Below, piece by piece: positions 1 through 10,273 of a stretch of 64,000 bases of DNA. The stretch covers positions 320,001-384,000 of the forward strand of contig CAWHCF010000049.1 in the NCBI GenBank assembly GCA_963827655.1, read 5' to 3'. The first letter of the stretch is position 1; each line of letters starts with the position of its first letter. The notes under the pieces are model-generated. The model was not told where the DNA came from. It saw nothing but the letters and a program-made list of their open reading frames with translations, and made no database searches. The stretch is from an uncultured Acidobacteriota bacterium (GTDB lineage: Bacteria > Acidobacteriota > UBA6911). Both the position numbers and the translations under genes were made by a program.

Positions 1-195
1 CCGCTTTGCTCGTCAACCTGTTCATCAATAGCTGGCGCGGCGGTCGAAGACCGGGCGCCCGCTAACCCGACATACGCGATTGACCTGGTACTCGACACTC
101 TGTTGTAGCCGCTTCGTCAAGACCTCCCTGGAGAGCGCTCCCTCAGAGAGGACCTCCCTCAAGAGTCTAAACCTAACCTTAAAGGAGGTACACAA

Positions 196-743
196 ATGAT
201 AGTGCGTCTACTTGTCATGCTTGGAAGCGCACTCCTGATTGCTTCCCGCAAGTGCGCAAGAGCAACACCCCGACACACTCGTCCCACGCGAAGGCTGCGG
301 CTGCGCCCGTCAGGGTCATCGATGGGTCCAAGACACCGGATGAGATCCCCCACGCCAATGCCTGGCGATTGTTCCTTCGGGCGTTTTCCGAATCAGCTGG
401 CCCGGAGACAAAGGTCGCGCGGGCGAAAACCGATGCCATCGGCCTGGACTCCGACGATGCGGCGGTCTTCCGCAGTACGATTGCCGAGTTTCACATCGAA
501 GTTTCCCGGCTCGAACAGCAAATTCAGTCGATCGGGCGCGCCGGTCCAGGCACAGCCGCGCACGCCGAGATTGCGCGCTTGAGGGCGGCCATCAACCGGC
601 TCGCGGTCGATGTACAGAACCGTCTGGAAGCCGGACTGAGTAAAGACGGAGCGAAAAAGCTCCGTGACTTTGTCCGTGCTCAAAGAAAGCACATGAAGGT
701 TGTTCAACTCCCTGCTGCCAGAGACAAGGAGGATTTAAGATGA
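196..743 (+). CDS. Secreted hypothetical helical protein (apparent frameshift near 245-270)
   Basis: AAAGGAGG RBS before ATG196 and a signal-peptide-like MIVRLLVMLGSALLIA. The body continues in ORF 252..743 (VIDGSKTPDEIP..AWRLFL); its stop overlaps the next ATG (ATGA). Confidence 0.6.
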
Positions 744-1786
744 GAACGCCAGCTTTAGCAGTTGCCACGCTGTTCCTGTTAACCGGATCAGGGGCGTATG
801 CGCAGCAGGTCAGCTACTATTCCTATGGGGTGGCTGACGATAACAACGCATATGCCTGGGCCGTGATTGATGACGGGGGCATGTATGGCGAGATCCACAT
901 GCCTGGACAAAGGGCGTCCCTGCGCAGTCCCTCCGGGAGAACTACCGGCGTCGTCTACTCACAGTCATACCGGATCGATTTATCCCTGCCACTGAACGAG
1001 GAGTACGGCAATTTCACCATCACCTCCTACCACTCGCTGTACTGCACGTACCTCGGGTGGATCCTGTACCAGGTGGCAAGCGCCTACGCCATCGACGTGC
1101 CACCGCTCTTTCATGTCTCGATGAGGGCCTTTATCCCCGAGAGGTTGCTCGAAGTACCCCTGTGGTGCTGGTACAACGGGCAGATAGGGATATACAATGC
1201 AGTTTTCCGGGGATAACCGTTGGTTCGACCCGATCGATGGATCCCCTTTTGGTCCCACCAGCTACCGCGCACAGACGACGACCATCGTTCGGCCCCGCGA
1301 TGGGACAATGTTCAGTGCGCCACGCATCACCGAACAGGAATAACCAAAGGCTACGGGTTCGACCCAGGAATCGACGATGAAAATCTAAATGATTGCTACC
1401 GGCTGGATCGAGTGGGGTACGGCGACCCCAGCTGGATGCGGGCGAGTGGCAGCCCGGTCGGCCCGATCACTAACCGCACGGTGCGCGCGCGGCTCTACGG
1501 TGCTGCTTACTCCACTGGGGCGCCATTGCCGGGTATCGATTATGACTTCACGGTCGATATCCAGGCCTACCGGCAGCCCTAGAGCTTTGCAAGGCAACCT
1601 GGGTGGCACGATTGTTACCCCGCCTACGAGATCTACATCCGCCGGCGACGCGACGGTCCGGCCACGACGGTGTATCAGTATGCGCCCCCCAGGCGCGATT
1701 GGGCCTACTTGATCGGTTGCCTCGAAACCTATAACCCGTACTACCCGAGGGTCCAGGTCGGCACTCACGCCGATGTGATCCCATAA
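740..1786 (+). CDS. Secreted protein with DUF3238-like C-terminal region (several apparent frameshifts)
   Basis: Signal peptide MRTPALAVATLFLLTGSGAYA. Stitching frames gives RAFIP...FRGDNRWFDP..TSYR...GIDYDFTVDI...HDCYPAYEIY...DVIP* (TAA 1784-1786). I recall the FIP / GDxR / HDxxPxYEIY pattern as DUF3238. Confidence 0.5.
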
Positions 1787-1796
1787 GGAGCGAAAT

Positions 1797-2601
1797 ATGA
1801 AACAGATTCTGCTAATTTTTGTTTTTGCTCTCTGTGCGCTGCCGGGCAGGGCGCAGTGCCTGACGTAGTCGCACACGTCAAGGATATACTGAGCGAAGAC
1901 CAGCAGGCCGTCGCACGCGCCAGAGAGCAGGAGCCATGCCGCCTTGAATCTATTCGAAGGACAACGCATTCTGGGATCGCGTCGTGTTGCCCTACCTCAA
2001 GAGCGAGAACCCGGGCACGCGCGCAGCGGCAACCGCTATCGCCCTGCATATGACTGCCATGCGGGCCGACGGCGCCGCCGTAATTACAAACTTTCTTCCG
2101 GTGTTTGCCGAACACTTGGCCGATCCGACCACCTTGGGACGGCAAAACACAGCAATTGCGGTGCATCACGTCATGGGCGTGCTCAACGACCCGCCCAAGG
2201 AGATCTTGCAAAAGATCGCTCTGGCTGCAACGGATGGCGACCGAGGTGTGCAGACTCGCCTTGGGCGCTGGCACGAGACGAACCCGATGCCGGAGTGGGT
2301 CAGCGACATCCTGTTAACCACGAAGCTCGACGAACAGGAGCGATTGCGTGCCCTGTCTCATGTCAGGGACATGCGGCCAGAGATTATGGCCAAACTCATT
2401 TACTCGCTGAGATCGGAAGACAAGGCTCTGGTCGAGGTTACGCTTTCGGCGATTGCAGAGCTTGGCCCGAAGGCCGCGGCGGCCTCTTCGGAGCTTCGCC
2501 GGCTGGCGCAAGAGTCGAGCGACGCGACAATCTCGAAGAGCGCGCTCGGTCTGGCCGAACGGCTGGAGTCGCCGCGCAAACAGCAACCACGTTTGCAATG
2601 A
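1797..2601 (+). CDS. Exported HEAT/ARM-repeat-like protein (frameshifts in 5' part)
   Basis: AAGGAG RBS and ATG1797 with signal peptide MKQILLIFVFALCALPGRAQ. ORF 1984..2601 has HEAT-like helices (LKSENPGTRAAATAIAL; LRSEDKALVEVTLSAIAELGPKAAAA). Confidence 0.55.
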
Positions 2602-3149
2602 AAGTGACTGAGACGACGAAGAAGACGGTTAACTGCGATAGCCCTTTTGGTTTTGGTTATTGCTGCGGAGGCTTGGGCGTATCTCCTCTTCCTATTGGCA
2701 CTGGCTTTTGCCATTGGGTTCCCTCATGGAGGGTAATGCGGGCACAAAAGAGCGAGTACGAAAGCCTGCGGTGGAAGTCGAAAGGCCGCCGCAGGCTTCG
2801 CTAATGCGGTGGAACGAGGCTACGCCTTCGCGCCCGTCATCAACGAAACGAAACCGTGCGCGAGCACCTTGGCGGCCACAAGTATCGGGACACTCTGATC
2901 CCCTGCAGCGCAGGGATGTAGAAAAGGTGAGCCGGGCCTGCATCCGGCGAGGCCTGGAGATCGAGCGTCCGGAGGTCCACAGCCCGGGCGCGCTGGCCTC
3001 GTGAGCTTGACGCGGGCGAGGAGGGCCGAGGCCCGGGTCACACACCAGTCTGCGGCTGGATCGGCGCGGCGCAGCCGAGGGGCAAAACGTGTGAGCGAGG
3101 CGGAAACGGAATCCGCCCGGACGCGCAAGGAGTTTCCTGAGCACCCCTT

Positions 3150-3272
3150 CTGAGCAAGATCTTCAAAGTAGATCCCCTCGTCTTGTCCCAAATGTCTCGG
3201 TGTCATGAAAAGCATCAGCTTCATCCGAGACCCCGCACTCATCAAGGAATTCTCCTTCATCTGAATCTTGGG
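3150..3272 (+). pseudogene. C-terminal relic of an IS91-family-like (Y2) transposase
   Basis: Stitched reading LSKIFKVDPLxCPKCLGVMKSISFIRDPALIKEILLHLNL matches the typical F-x-V-D-P-L-x-CPxC...M-x-I-x-F-I-x-D...I-L-x-H-L tail. Confidence 0.6.
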
Positions 3273-3646
3273 CAGTCCCCAAGCGAGAGCCTCGACTCGG
3301 CAAAAGAAAGCGCTTCGTTCGCGACGCACCGGCTTGACGGTGAAACATCGCCGGCTGTGGACGTGGGACTAACGGGCTTGACGAGACCTGTTCTTTGGCT
3401 TGTTCTTGGGATTCCTCGTAGCCGATAATCGACCAGACCGGTCAATCAGGTTCGGCGCTTGCCTGAGGTGAGTCGTCAAGAGTTTCGGCGGCTCATCGGC
3501 TACCTGGGAAGGGATGATGACGCGCTCGCGCCATCTTGAAGAAGAATGTTTTCGTGAACGGGACCTGAAGACACAGATTTCTCAAGGCTAGAAGAGACAC
3601 GAAGCAGGAACTTGGCAGCGGTGATTTTTCTTTTGTGGAGGCGAAC

Positions 3647-4900
3647 ATGAGGACTGCGTTTTTCATTCTTGTGGCGGCTGTCAGTTTGCCGGCCCAGGAG
3701 CCGAGCTACGATTTGCTCCTCAAGGGCGGTCATGTAATCGATCCCAAGAACAACATCAGCAAGGTTATGGATGTGGCGATCACGGGCGGAAAGATCACGC
3801 GCGTGGCCGAGAATATTCCAGCCGCGCAGGCCAAGACGGTCGCTAACGTGGGCGGACTGTATGTCACTCCGGGGCTGGTTGACATTCACGTCCATGTATA
3901 CACCGGCACCGCGCTCAGAGCCAGCACCGCAAGGACTGACACTAATGTGCAGGCGGATGCTTTCTCGTTTCGGAGCGGCGTGACGACGATGGTGGACGCT
4001 GGAACGTCCGGCTGGAAGAACTTTCCTGATTTCCGGGACGGTGTCATCAAGAAGTCCAGGACCCGTATCCTGGCAATGCTGAACATTGTCAGTGCCGGGA
4101 TGGGTACGGCGGCAGGCGAGAACGATCCGAGCGGTATGGATGCCGAGGCGTCGGCCAAGATGGCGAACGAGAATCCGGAGTATGTCGTGGGGTTCAAGAG
4201 CGCGCACTATGCGGGTCCCGGTTGGGCCTCGATCGATAACGCGGTAAAGGCGGGGAACCTGGCGAACGTACCGGTGATGGTCGATTTCGGGAGCATCACC
4301 AAGGATCGGAACCTTGATGGACTGCTGCGAGATAAGCTGCGGCCAGGCGACATTTACACTCACTGCTACTCGGGCCACCGGCTGGAGGTCCTGCCGGATG
4401 ACAAAGTGAACCCGGCGATGGTTGCAGGGCGGCAGCGAGGCATCTTCTTCGATATCGGGTTCGGGCAGGCGAGCTTCTACTGGTATGTGGCGGTGCCCTC
4501 GTACGATCAGAAGTTCTATCCGGACTCCATTTCCACTGACCTGCACCTGCGCAGCATGAACGCCGGTATGAAGGACATGCTCCAGTGCATGTCGAAAATC
4601 CTGGCTTTGGGTTCATCGCTCGAAGACGTGATCCGCATGTCCACGATAAATCCGGCGCGGCAGATCAAGAGGCCGCAGCTCGGCAACCTGGATCCGGGCG
4701 CCGAAGCTGATGTGAGTGTTCTGCGGCTGGACAAGGGAAATTTCGGCTTGCTGGATTCGGCCGGGGCCAGGTATCCCGGCAAGAGCTTGCTCGCCGCCGA
4801 GATGACGATCCGGAAAGGCGAAGTCGTGTGGGACCTCAACGGCCGGGCCGCTCGGGATTGGAAAGACTTTCCTTACCGCCGCCGTAGCGTCCCCCAGTAG
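3647..4900 (+). CDS. Secreted metal-dependent amidohydrolase/deacetylase (dihydroorotase-like superfamily)
   Basis: LLKGGHVIDP start, PGLVDIHVH metal motif, GVTTMVDAG, ISTDLH, TINPAR, G.L.PGAEAD; N-terminal signal peptide. Confidence 0.88.
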   Translation: MRTAFFILVAAVSLPAQEPSYDLLLKGGHVIDPKNNISKVMDVAITGGKITRVAENIPAAQAKTVANVGGLYVTPGLVDIHVHVYTGTALRASTARTDTNVQADAFSFRSGVTTMVDAGTSGWKNFPDFRDGVIKKSRTRILAMLNIVSAGMGTAAGENDPSGMDAEASAKMANENPEYVVGFKSAHYAGPGWASIDNAVKAGNLANVPVMVDFGSITKDRNLDGLLRDKLRPGDIYTHCYSGHRLEVLPDDKVNPAMVAGRQRGIFFDIGFGQASFYWYVAVPSYDQKFYPDSISTDLHLRSMNAGMKDMLQCMSKILALGSSLEDVIRMSTINPARQIKRPQLGNLDPGAEADVSVLRLDKGNFGLLDSAGARYPGKSLLAAEMTIRKGEVVWDLNGRAARDWKDFPYRRRSVPQ

Positions 4901-5169
4901 AGTCATTTGGGGACAGTCAGCAAGAACTGTTACAGTAAACTTCGGCTACACCAACGAGTTTTCTGCGATCGCATTGACGAGATCCAAAGGTTATGCCACC
5001 TGGTTTACGTGCTGGCGGCTTTCGCTTGACGTGTTTCGGATTGCGGGTATGATTGGCCAAACGGTTGAAAATAGTTGTTTTGGGCTTCTTTGCCTTGTTC
5101 GGACTCTCCTGTCAAGTGTTGACGGGGAGCGGGCGAAGAACTGCTCCCGCCAACAACGGAAGGAGACGC

Positions 5170-8100
5170 ATGGCCACGAGAAAGACGTCGTATGTTTTTT
5201 TGTGCGCGTTGAGCCTCAATCTGGTTTGCTTGCCGGTATTCGGCCAGGAAGTTCGAGGAAGCCTGCTCGGGCGTGTGACTGACGCTTCCGGGGCAGTCGT
5301 CCCGGGGGTGATGATTACGGTCACGAACCTTGAAACCAAAGTCTCCACCGAAACGATAACAAATGAAGAGGGCAACTACAGGGTTCCCTTCCTTCGCCCT
5401 GGTAACTTTAGCGTCACTGCAGAGCTGACGGGTTTCAAGAAGATCGACCGGACAGGGATTCGTGTGTCAGTCGGGTCGGATATTGCGGTGAACTTTGTCC
5501 TGGAGGTCGGCGGAATCGGCGAAACTGTCACCGTATCCGGAGCTGCGAGTCAGTTGGATGCTTCCACAGCGGATCTGGGACAGGTGGTTGAGAAAAATCA
5601 CATCGAGAACACCCAAACAAACTTAGTGCGGAACGTCTTGGCTCGACTCGAGGTCACAGCTTCTCTGACGCAGTTCCGGACTGGCGCCACGGGAACGGGC
5701 ACCACCTACACGAGCAGTGGGCAGTCTGATTTCAGCATTTCGGGTGGTGGCGGGAAGGGCGGTGGAAACGAAATCATGGTCGATGGAGTTCCAAATACGG
5801 TACCTAGCGGCGCCGGTGGAATCGCGCTTTTCATTCCGTCCTTGGATATGACTGACGAAGTGAAGGTCCACACGACCATGTTTGACGCGTCGTTGGGCCA
5901 TTCGAGCGGGGGCGCTGTCAACATAACTACCCGCGGAGGCACCAACGAGTATCATGGCGCTGCCTTTGGCTACAAACGCTTTAGAGAGCTGGATTCTAAC
6001 AGTTGGACCAACAATCGACTCGGCATCCCCTTGGGTAACGCCAAATATGGGCAGTACGGGGGCATTTTTGGGGGGCCGGTTAGGCTGCCCCACCTCTATG
6101 ACGGGCGTGGACGTTCCTTCTTCCTGGTTTCGTATGAGACTGATTCCGAAATACGGGGGGGCGATGCGCCCGATTTATTTCGGGTTCCGACTGCGTTGGA
6201 GAGAAAAGGAGACTTCTCTCAGACCCTGAATCAGCAGGGGACAGGCATACTGAGGATTTACGACCCTTGGACCACTATGGGAACCGGCGCAGCCGCGACG
6301 CGGACGCCATTCCCGAACTCGATTATCCCCGCTAGTCGCCTCACCCAGACCGGCTTGTCGGTGGCCAACCTTTACCCCCTGCCAAACATGCCCGGCTCAC
6401 CCCAGATTGGAGCCTACAACTGGTCGGTCACATCCACAAACAAGGTCTCACAGAGCCAATTCAGCATTCGAGAGGACCAGATCATCAGCGACCGACAGAG
6501 ACTGTTTGTCCGATTCAGCCGAATGTATCGGACGACGATAAGCCCGGAACGGTTTCCGGGCGCCGCCGGCTCTAACGACAGTGGGAACACCTTCGATTCC
6601 GTAGCCTTGGACGATACGATCACGTTCTCTCCGAAATTCACAGGCTCCCTGCGCTACGGTTTCGCAGAGCGGTACTCGTATTCCACACCGCATGGCAGCC
6701 TGCAAGACCCGTCCTCCCTGGCTTTGCCGGACGTGATTCTCGAAAACCAGTTCACCAAGGGCTTGCCAGTATTCAACCTGGGTGAGTTCATTCCGGTTGT
6801 GGGCGACTCGGAAAGCCACGGAAGGCTGTACTCGCACACCCTCCTGTCGACCTTTAACATGGTGCAGGGAAAACACACCCTGAAGTTTGGGTCGGATTAC
6901 CGGCTTTTTCGAAACAACGACATCAACCCGGGCGCCTCACAGTCAGGAACATTTGCATATAGCCCTACTTTTACTCAGGCCAACCCCTTCGTGGCAAGTT
7001 CCAGGAACGATTCGGGCACCGCGCTCTCTTCTCTGCTGCTTGGAATCCCGGACTCGGGCAGCCTCGGTTTTGTCAGCCCTCGGTCTCTGCAGAATCAGTA
7101 TCTGGCGTTGTTTCTTCAGGACGAGTGGAGAGTACGGCGAAACCTCACATTGACTCTGGGTGTGCGATACGAACTGGAAACGCCCTACACCGAGAGATTC
7201 AATCGAGTCTCCCACGGTTTTGACTTCGACGCGCAATCCCCTGTATCCGTGCCGGGCATGGATTTGCACGGCGGAGTGCTGTTCGCGGGAGTCGATGGAA
7301 ATCCTCGAGGCGTGGGGAGAGTTGATGCGAACAACTTCGGTCCTCGCTTTGGCTTCGCCTACAGCTTGAACAACAAAACCGTGTTCCGCGGGGGTTACGG
7401 ATTTTTCTACAGTGCCCAGACTTACGCTACCGACTTTTCCGGGAGTGTGGCTACCTTTGGCGCGGTGACTGCATACACGGGCACTATCGATTCTGGCGCA
7501 ACTCCGTTTACGACCCTGGACAACCCCTTTCCTGGCGGTGTGGTTCAGCCGAAGGGTAGTTCAGTCGGGCTGGCGGCACAATATGGGGACTCATTGATTG
7601 TATTGGATCAGAACAGGCTAAGCCCCTATAACCAGCAATGGCAATTGAGTATTCAGCGTGAATTTCCTTGGAGTGTCCTGGTGGAAGCAGCCTATGTCGG
7701 CATGCTGAGCCTCAAGCAGCTGGAGAGCTTTGACCTGAACGAGAAGCCGGATCAATACCTGGCGCTGGGGGCGCAAGAAAACCAAAACGTGGCCAATCCC
7801 TTCTTCGGGGTCTTCCCTCCCACCACACCCTTGGGAAGGGGCGCGACGATACGCCAGGGGCAGTTATGGAAGCAGTATCCCCAGTACAACAGCATCACCC
7901 TGCAAGGCGCCAACACCGGGCGTGCGATCTATCATGCGCTGGATTCGAGAGTAGAGAAGCGCTTCACTGACGGGCTCAACTTCCTCGTCTCGTACAGCTG
8001 GTCCAAGGTGATACAAAATAATACAACGAGTATCGTCAATGAGCGGAATTACCGCAGTGTTTCCTTTCGTGATCTGGGTCACGTGGTCAAGATTTCCACA

Positions 8101-8661
8101 GTGTACGAGTTGCCTCTCGGTCCAGGCAAAGCTTTCTTATCGTCGAGTGGATTCCTGGGAGGACTGGTGGGGGGCTGGAAGATTTCGGGATACTTCTGGT
8201 CGAGAACAGGATCGCCTCTCTCTATCACCGATGTTAACGGCAGGCCCATTGTTCTGCGTAACCCTTCGAAAGGCGGATCGGTCAAGGATAAACTAGGCGA
8301 TGTTGTCGATCCGGTTACGAGGCAGGTCCTGAATCCTTTCTTCGACACGACGGCATTTGCCCGGTTGCCAAACCAATACACGATCTCGCCCACGTCGCCC
8401 CAGCTGGACTTTCTGCGCGGCCCAGCCATTATCGGGCTTAACGGCTCCCTCGTGAAGACCACGAGAATAACGGAAGGTGTGCAGCTTGAATTCCGAGTGG
8501 ATGCGAGCAATGTCACCAACTCGCCCCAGTTTGATCTCCAGGGAGCGACTGTGCAACCGCAGGGGATAGGATTAGACATGGCGAATCCTGCCACGTTCGG
8601 CGTGATCACCCAGGCAGGTTTCGGCCGGAAAGTACAGTTGGGTGCACGATTGACGTTTTGA
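5170..8661 (+). CDS. TonB-dependent receptor, Oar-like, with N-terminal carboxypeptidase-regulatory-like domain
   Basis: GRVTDASGAVVPG..ITVTN, GG.VNITTRGGTN.YHG, QDEWRV..NLTL.LG.RYE, NNFGPRFGFAY, C-terminal R.VQLGARLTF; AGGAG RBS before ATG5170. Confidence 0.93.
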   Translation: MATRKTSYVFLCALSLNLVCLPVFGQEVRGSLLGRVTDASGAVVPGVMITVTNLETKVSTETITNEEGNYRVPFLRPGNFSVTAELTGFKKIDRTGIRVSVGSDIAVNFVLEVGGIGETVTVSGAASQLDASTADLGQVVEKNHIENTQTNLVRNVLARLEVTASLTQFRTGATGTGTTYTSSGQSDFSISGGGGKGGGNEIMVDGVPNTVPSGAGGIALFIPSLDMTDEVKVHTTMFDASLGHSSGGAVNITTRGGTNEYHGAAFGYKRFRELDSNSWTNNRLGIPLGNAKYGQYGGIFGGPVRLPHLYDGRGRSFFLVSYETDSEIRGGDAPDLFRVPTALERKGDFSQTLNQQGTGILRIYDPWTTMGTGAAATRTPFPNSIIPASRLTQTGLSVANLYPLPNMPGSPQIGAYNWSVTSTNKVSQSQFSIREDQIISDRQRLFVRFSRMYRTTISPERFPGAAGSNDSGNTFDSVALDDTITFSPKFTGSLRYGFAERYSYSTPHGSLQDPSSLALPDVILENQFTKGLPVFNLGEFIPVVGDSESHGRLYSHTLLSTFNMVQGKHTLKFGSDYRLFRNNDINPGASQSGTFAYSPTFTQANPFVASSRNDSGTALSSLLLGIPDSGSLGFVSPRSLQNQYLALFLQDEWRVRRNLTLTLGVRYELETPYTERFNRVSHGFDFDAQSPVSVPGMDLHGGVLFAGVDGNPRGVGRVDANNFGPRFGFAYSLNNKTVFRGGYGFFYSAQTYATDFSGSVATFGAVTAYTGTIDSGATPFTTLDNPFPGGVVQPKGSSVGLAAQYGDSLIVLDQNRLSPYNQQWQLSIQREFPWSVLVEAAYVGMLSLKQLESFDLNEKPDQYLALGAQENQNVANPFFGVFPPTTPLGRGATIRQGQLWKQYPQYNSITLQGANTGRAIYHALDSRVEKRFTDGLNFLVSYSWSKVIQNNTTSIVNERNYRSVSFRDLGHVVKISTVYELPLGPGKAFLSSSGFLGGLVGGWKISGYFWSRTGSPLSITDVNGRPIVLRNPSKGGSVKDKLGDVVDPVTRQVLNPFFDTTAFARLPNQYTISPTSPQLDFLRGPAIIGLNGSLVKTTRITEGVQLEFRVDASNVTNSPQFDLQGATVQPQGIGLDMANPATFGVITQAGFGRKVQLGARLTF

Positions 8662-8865
8662 GTGAAGTTTTGCGGCTGCCAGGCGCCACCGGCATCGCAA
8701 GCGACACTCATACCCAGTTTCCGCCCTCACGATCGTGGCTAGAATAGGCAACTGTCGGGCATGTAAGCACACGCTTCCAGGCTTGCAGGATCTCGCGACG
8801 AGTCACTACACAAGCGATTCAGACCGGTGCAGGGATGGAAAAAGTGAAAGGGAAAGGAATATTTT

Positions 8866-10191
8866 ATGAAGACACCATCAATAACATCAAAAACATTAGC
8901 TACCAGCCTTTTGTTGTTATGTTGTTTTCTGGTAGTCGGCGCTGCTAACGAACAAACTTCGAATGTCGGTAAACGTTACCCATCTGAAACACGAGTACTA
9001 GTTGACCGGATCACAGGCTTCCCAATCACGGCATTGACCGCCTCCCCAGCCAAGGATTTCATTTTATACCAGACCCACCCTCAGTGGACATCCGACGGCA
9101 AGTACATCATCTTTCGCTCGAATCGCACAGGCAATAGCACGCTAAGACATGGGCTTTCACAGGTCTTTGCAGTCGACGAAGTTGCGGGCGACATTATACA
9201 ACTCACTGATGGGCCTGGTACCATCACCGGTACCGGCGCCCTTTTTGTTTCCCGGAAGTCGATGCACTTCTACTACTTTAGGGGAAACCCCGGCGAACCT
9301 CGTAAGTTTATTGAGTTAAAGCTCGCTCCGCTCTTCAACGATAGTAAGGCTGGAACCATGAAACCGGCCGCTAGTTATGAGCGTGTTATCATGACCATAC
9401 CTGACATCATGACAGATGTAGGCGCGTTTACGCTCGATGCAGATGAAAAGTCTGCTTACATTTCAGGTTTAGCTAAAGATTTTCCTGGGAAAATCGATCA
9501 AGCTCATAAAAAAGAGGTGGACCCTCGCCAGCAGGCAATCTGGAAAATTGACATCCAATCCGGCCAGATTTCCAGGGTAATTGACGTGCCGTTGCCCATC
9601 CGCATTCACCATATGCAGGCAAATCCATGGGTACCAGGCGAAATCGAGTATGCCGATGGAGGCTCAAATGCCGCTCAACGGACGTGGCTTGTAAATGCCG
9701 ACGGATCAGGCAACAGACCCTTATATAAGGAAGCCGAGGGAGAGTGGGTAAGGCACGAAGTCTGGGTAGATGCCGATCATATGTATTTCGAAGTACAAAA
9801 GACCAACATACTCTATAAGGAGGAGGGAGAGAAATTACAGAGTTCGGCTACTAGACCAACTGGAATTTTTTCCATCAACGTTCGAACCAAAGAGGTCAAA
9901 GTTCTTGGCCAACTCGCTGGAGAAGGAGACGAAGGATTCGAGCATTGCGATGGTTCCTCGGATGGCAAATGGGCCGTCGCCGATACTTACCGGGGAGACA
10001 TCTACCTGATCAACGTTCGAACGGGCGAGCAAACGCTTCTGACCACCGGCCATAAGATGAAGCCAGATCATTGCCATCCGACGTTTAGCCCCGATAATAA
10101 GCGAATACTGATTCAGTCGGGCCTCCTTTCCGACGGCAAAACTCTTAACCTTATGACAATCACGATTCCGCCGTCGTTACAAAGACAATAA
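8866..10191 (+). CDS. Oligogalacturonate-lyase-like (Ogl/PD40) beta-propeller, periplasmic
   Basis: Signal peptide; D..TG..I..LT, YQTHPQWTSDGKYIIFRS, HMQANP, RHEVW, HCHPTFSPD.KRILIQS. Confidence 0.75.
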   Translation: MKTPSITSKTLATSLLLLCCFLVVGAANEQTSNVGKRYPSETRVLVDRITGFPITALTASPAKDFILYQTHPQWTSDGKYIIFRSNRTGNSTLRHGLSQVFAVDEVAGDIIQLTDGPGTITGTGALFVSRKSMHFYYFRGNPGEPRKFIELKLAPLFNDSKAGTMKPAASYERVIMTIPDIMTDVGAFTLDADEKSAYISGLAKDFPGKIDQAHKKEVDPRQQAIWKIDIQSGQISRVIDVPLPIRIHHMQANPWVPGEIEYADGGSNAAQRTWLVNADGSGNRPLYKEAEGEWVRHEVWVDADHMYFEVQKTNILYKEEGEKLQSSATRPTGIFSINVRTKEVKVLGQLAGEGDEGFEHCDGSSDGKWAVADTYRGDIYLINVRTGEQTLLTTGHKMKPDHCHPTFSPDNKRILIQSGLLSDGKTLNLMTITIPPSLQRQ

Positions 10192-10206
10192 TCAATTCGA
10201 AAAAAC

Positions 10207-10260
10207 TCACCACAGAGACACGGAGAAGATTTGGATTGTTTTCTCCGTGTCTCCGTCGTG
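10207..10260. repeat. REP-like palindrome (GAGACACGGAGAA ... TTCTCCGTGTCTC)
   Basis: 13-bp perfect inverted repeat in the intergenic gap. Related CCACGAAGACACGAAG-type purine-rich units occur near 13965, 23355 (reverse), 56543 and 60809. Confidence 0.55.
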
Positions 10261-10273
10261 ACGAAAGAGGAGC

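Noticed and set aside
122-165. Triple CTCCCT(C/G)..GAG repeat upstream of the first gene
   Set aside because: Possibly an operator, but too short and degenerate to support a call.
1214-1219. Stop-codon readthrough between ORFs 740..1216 and 1220..1582
   Set aside because: An alternative frame gives the more family-like FRGDNRWF..TSYR, so compensating indels explain it better.
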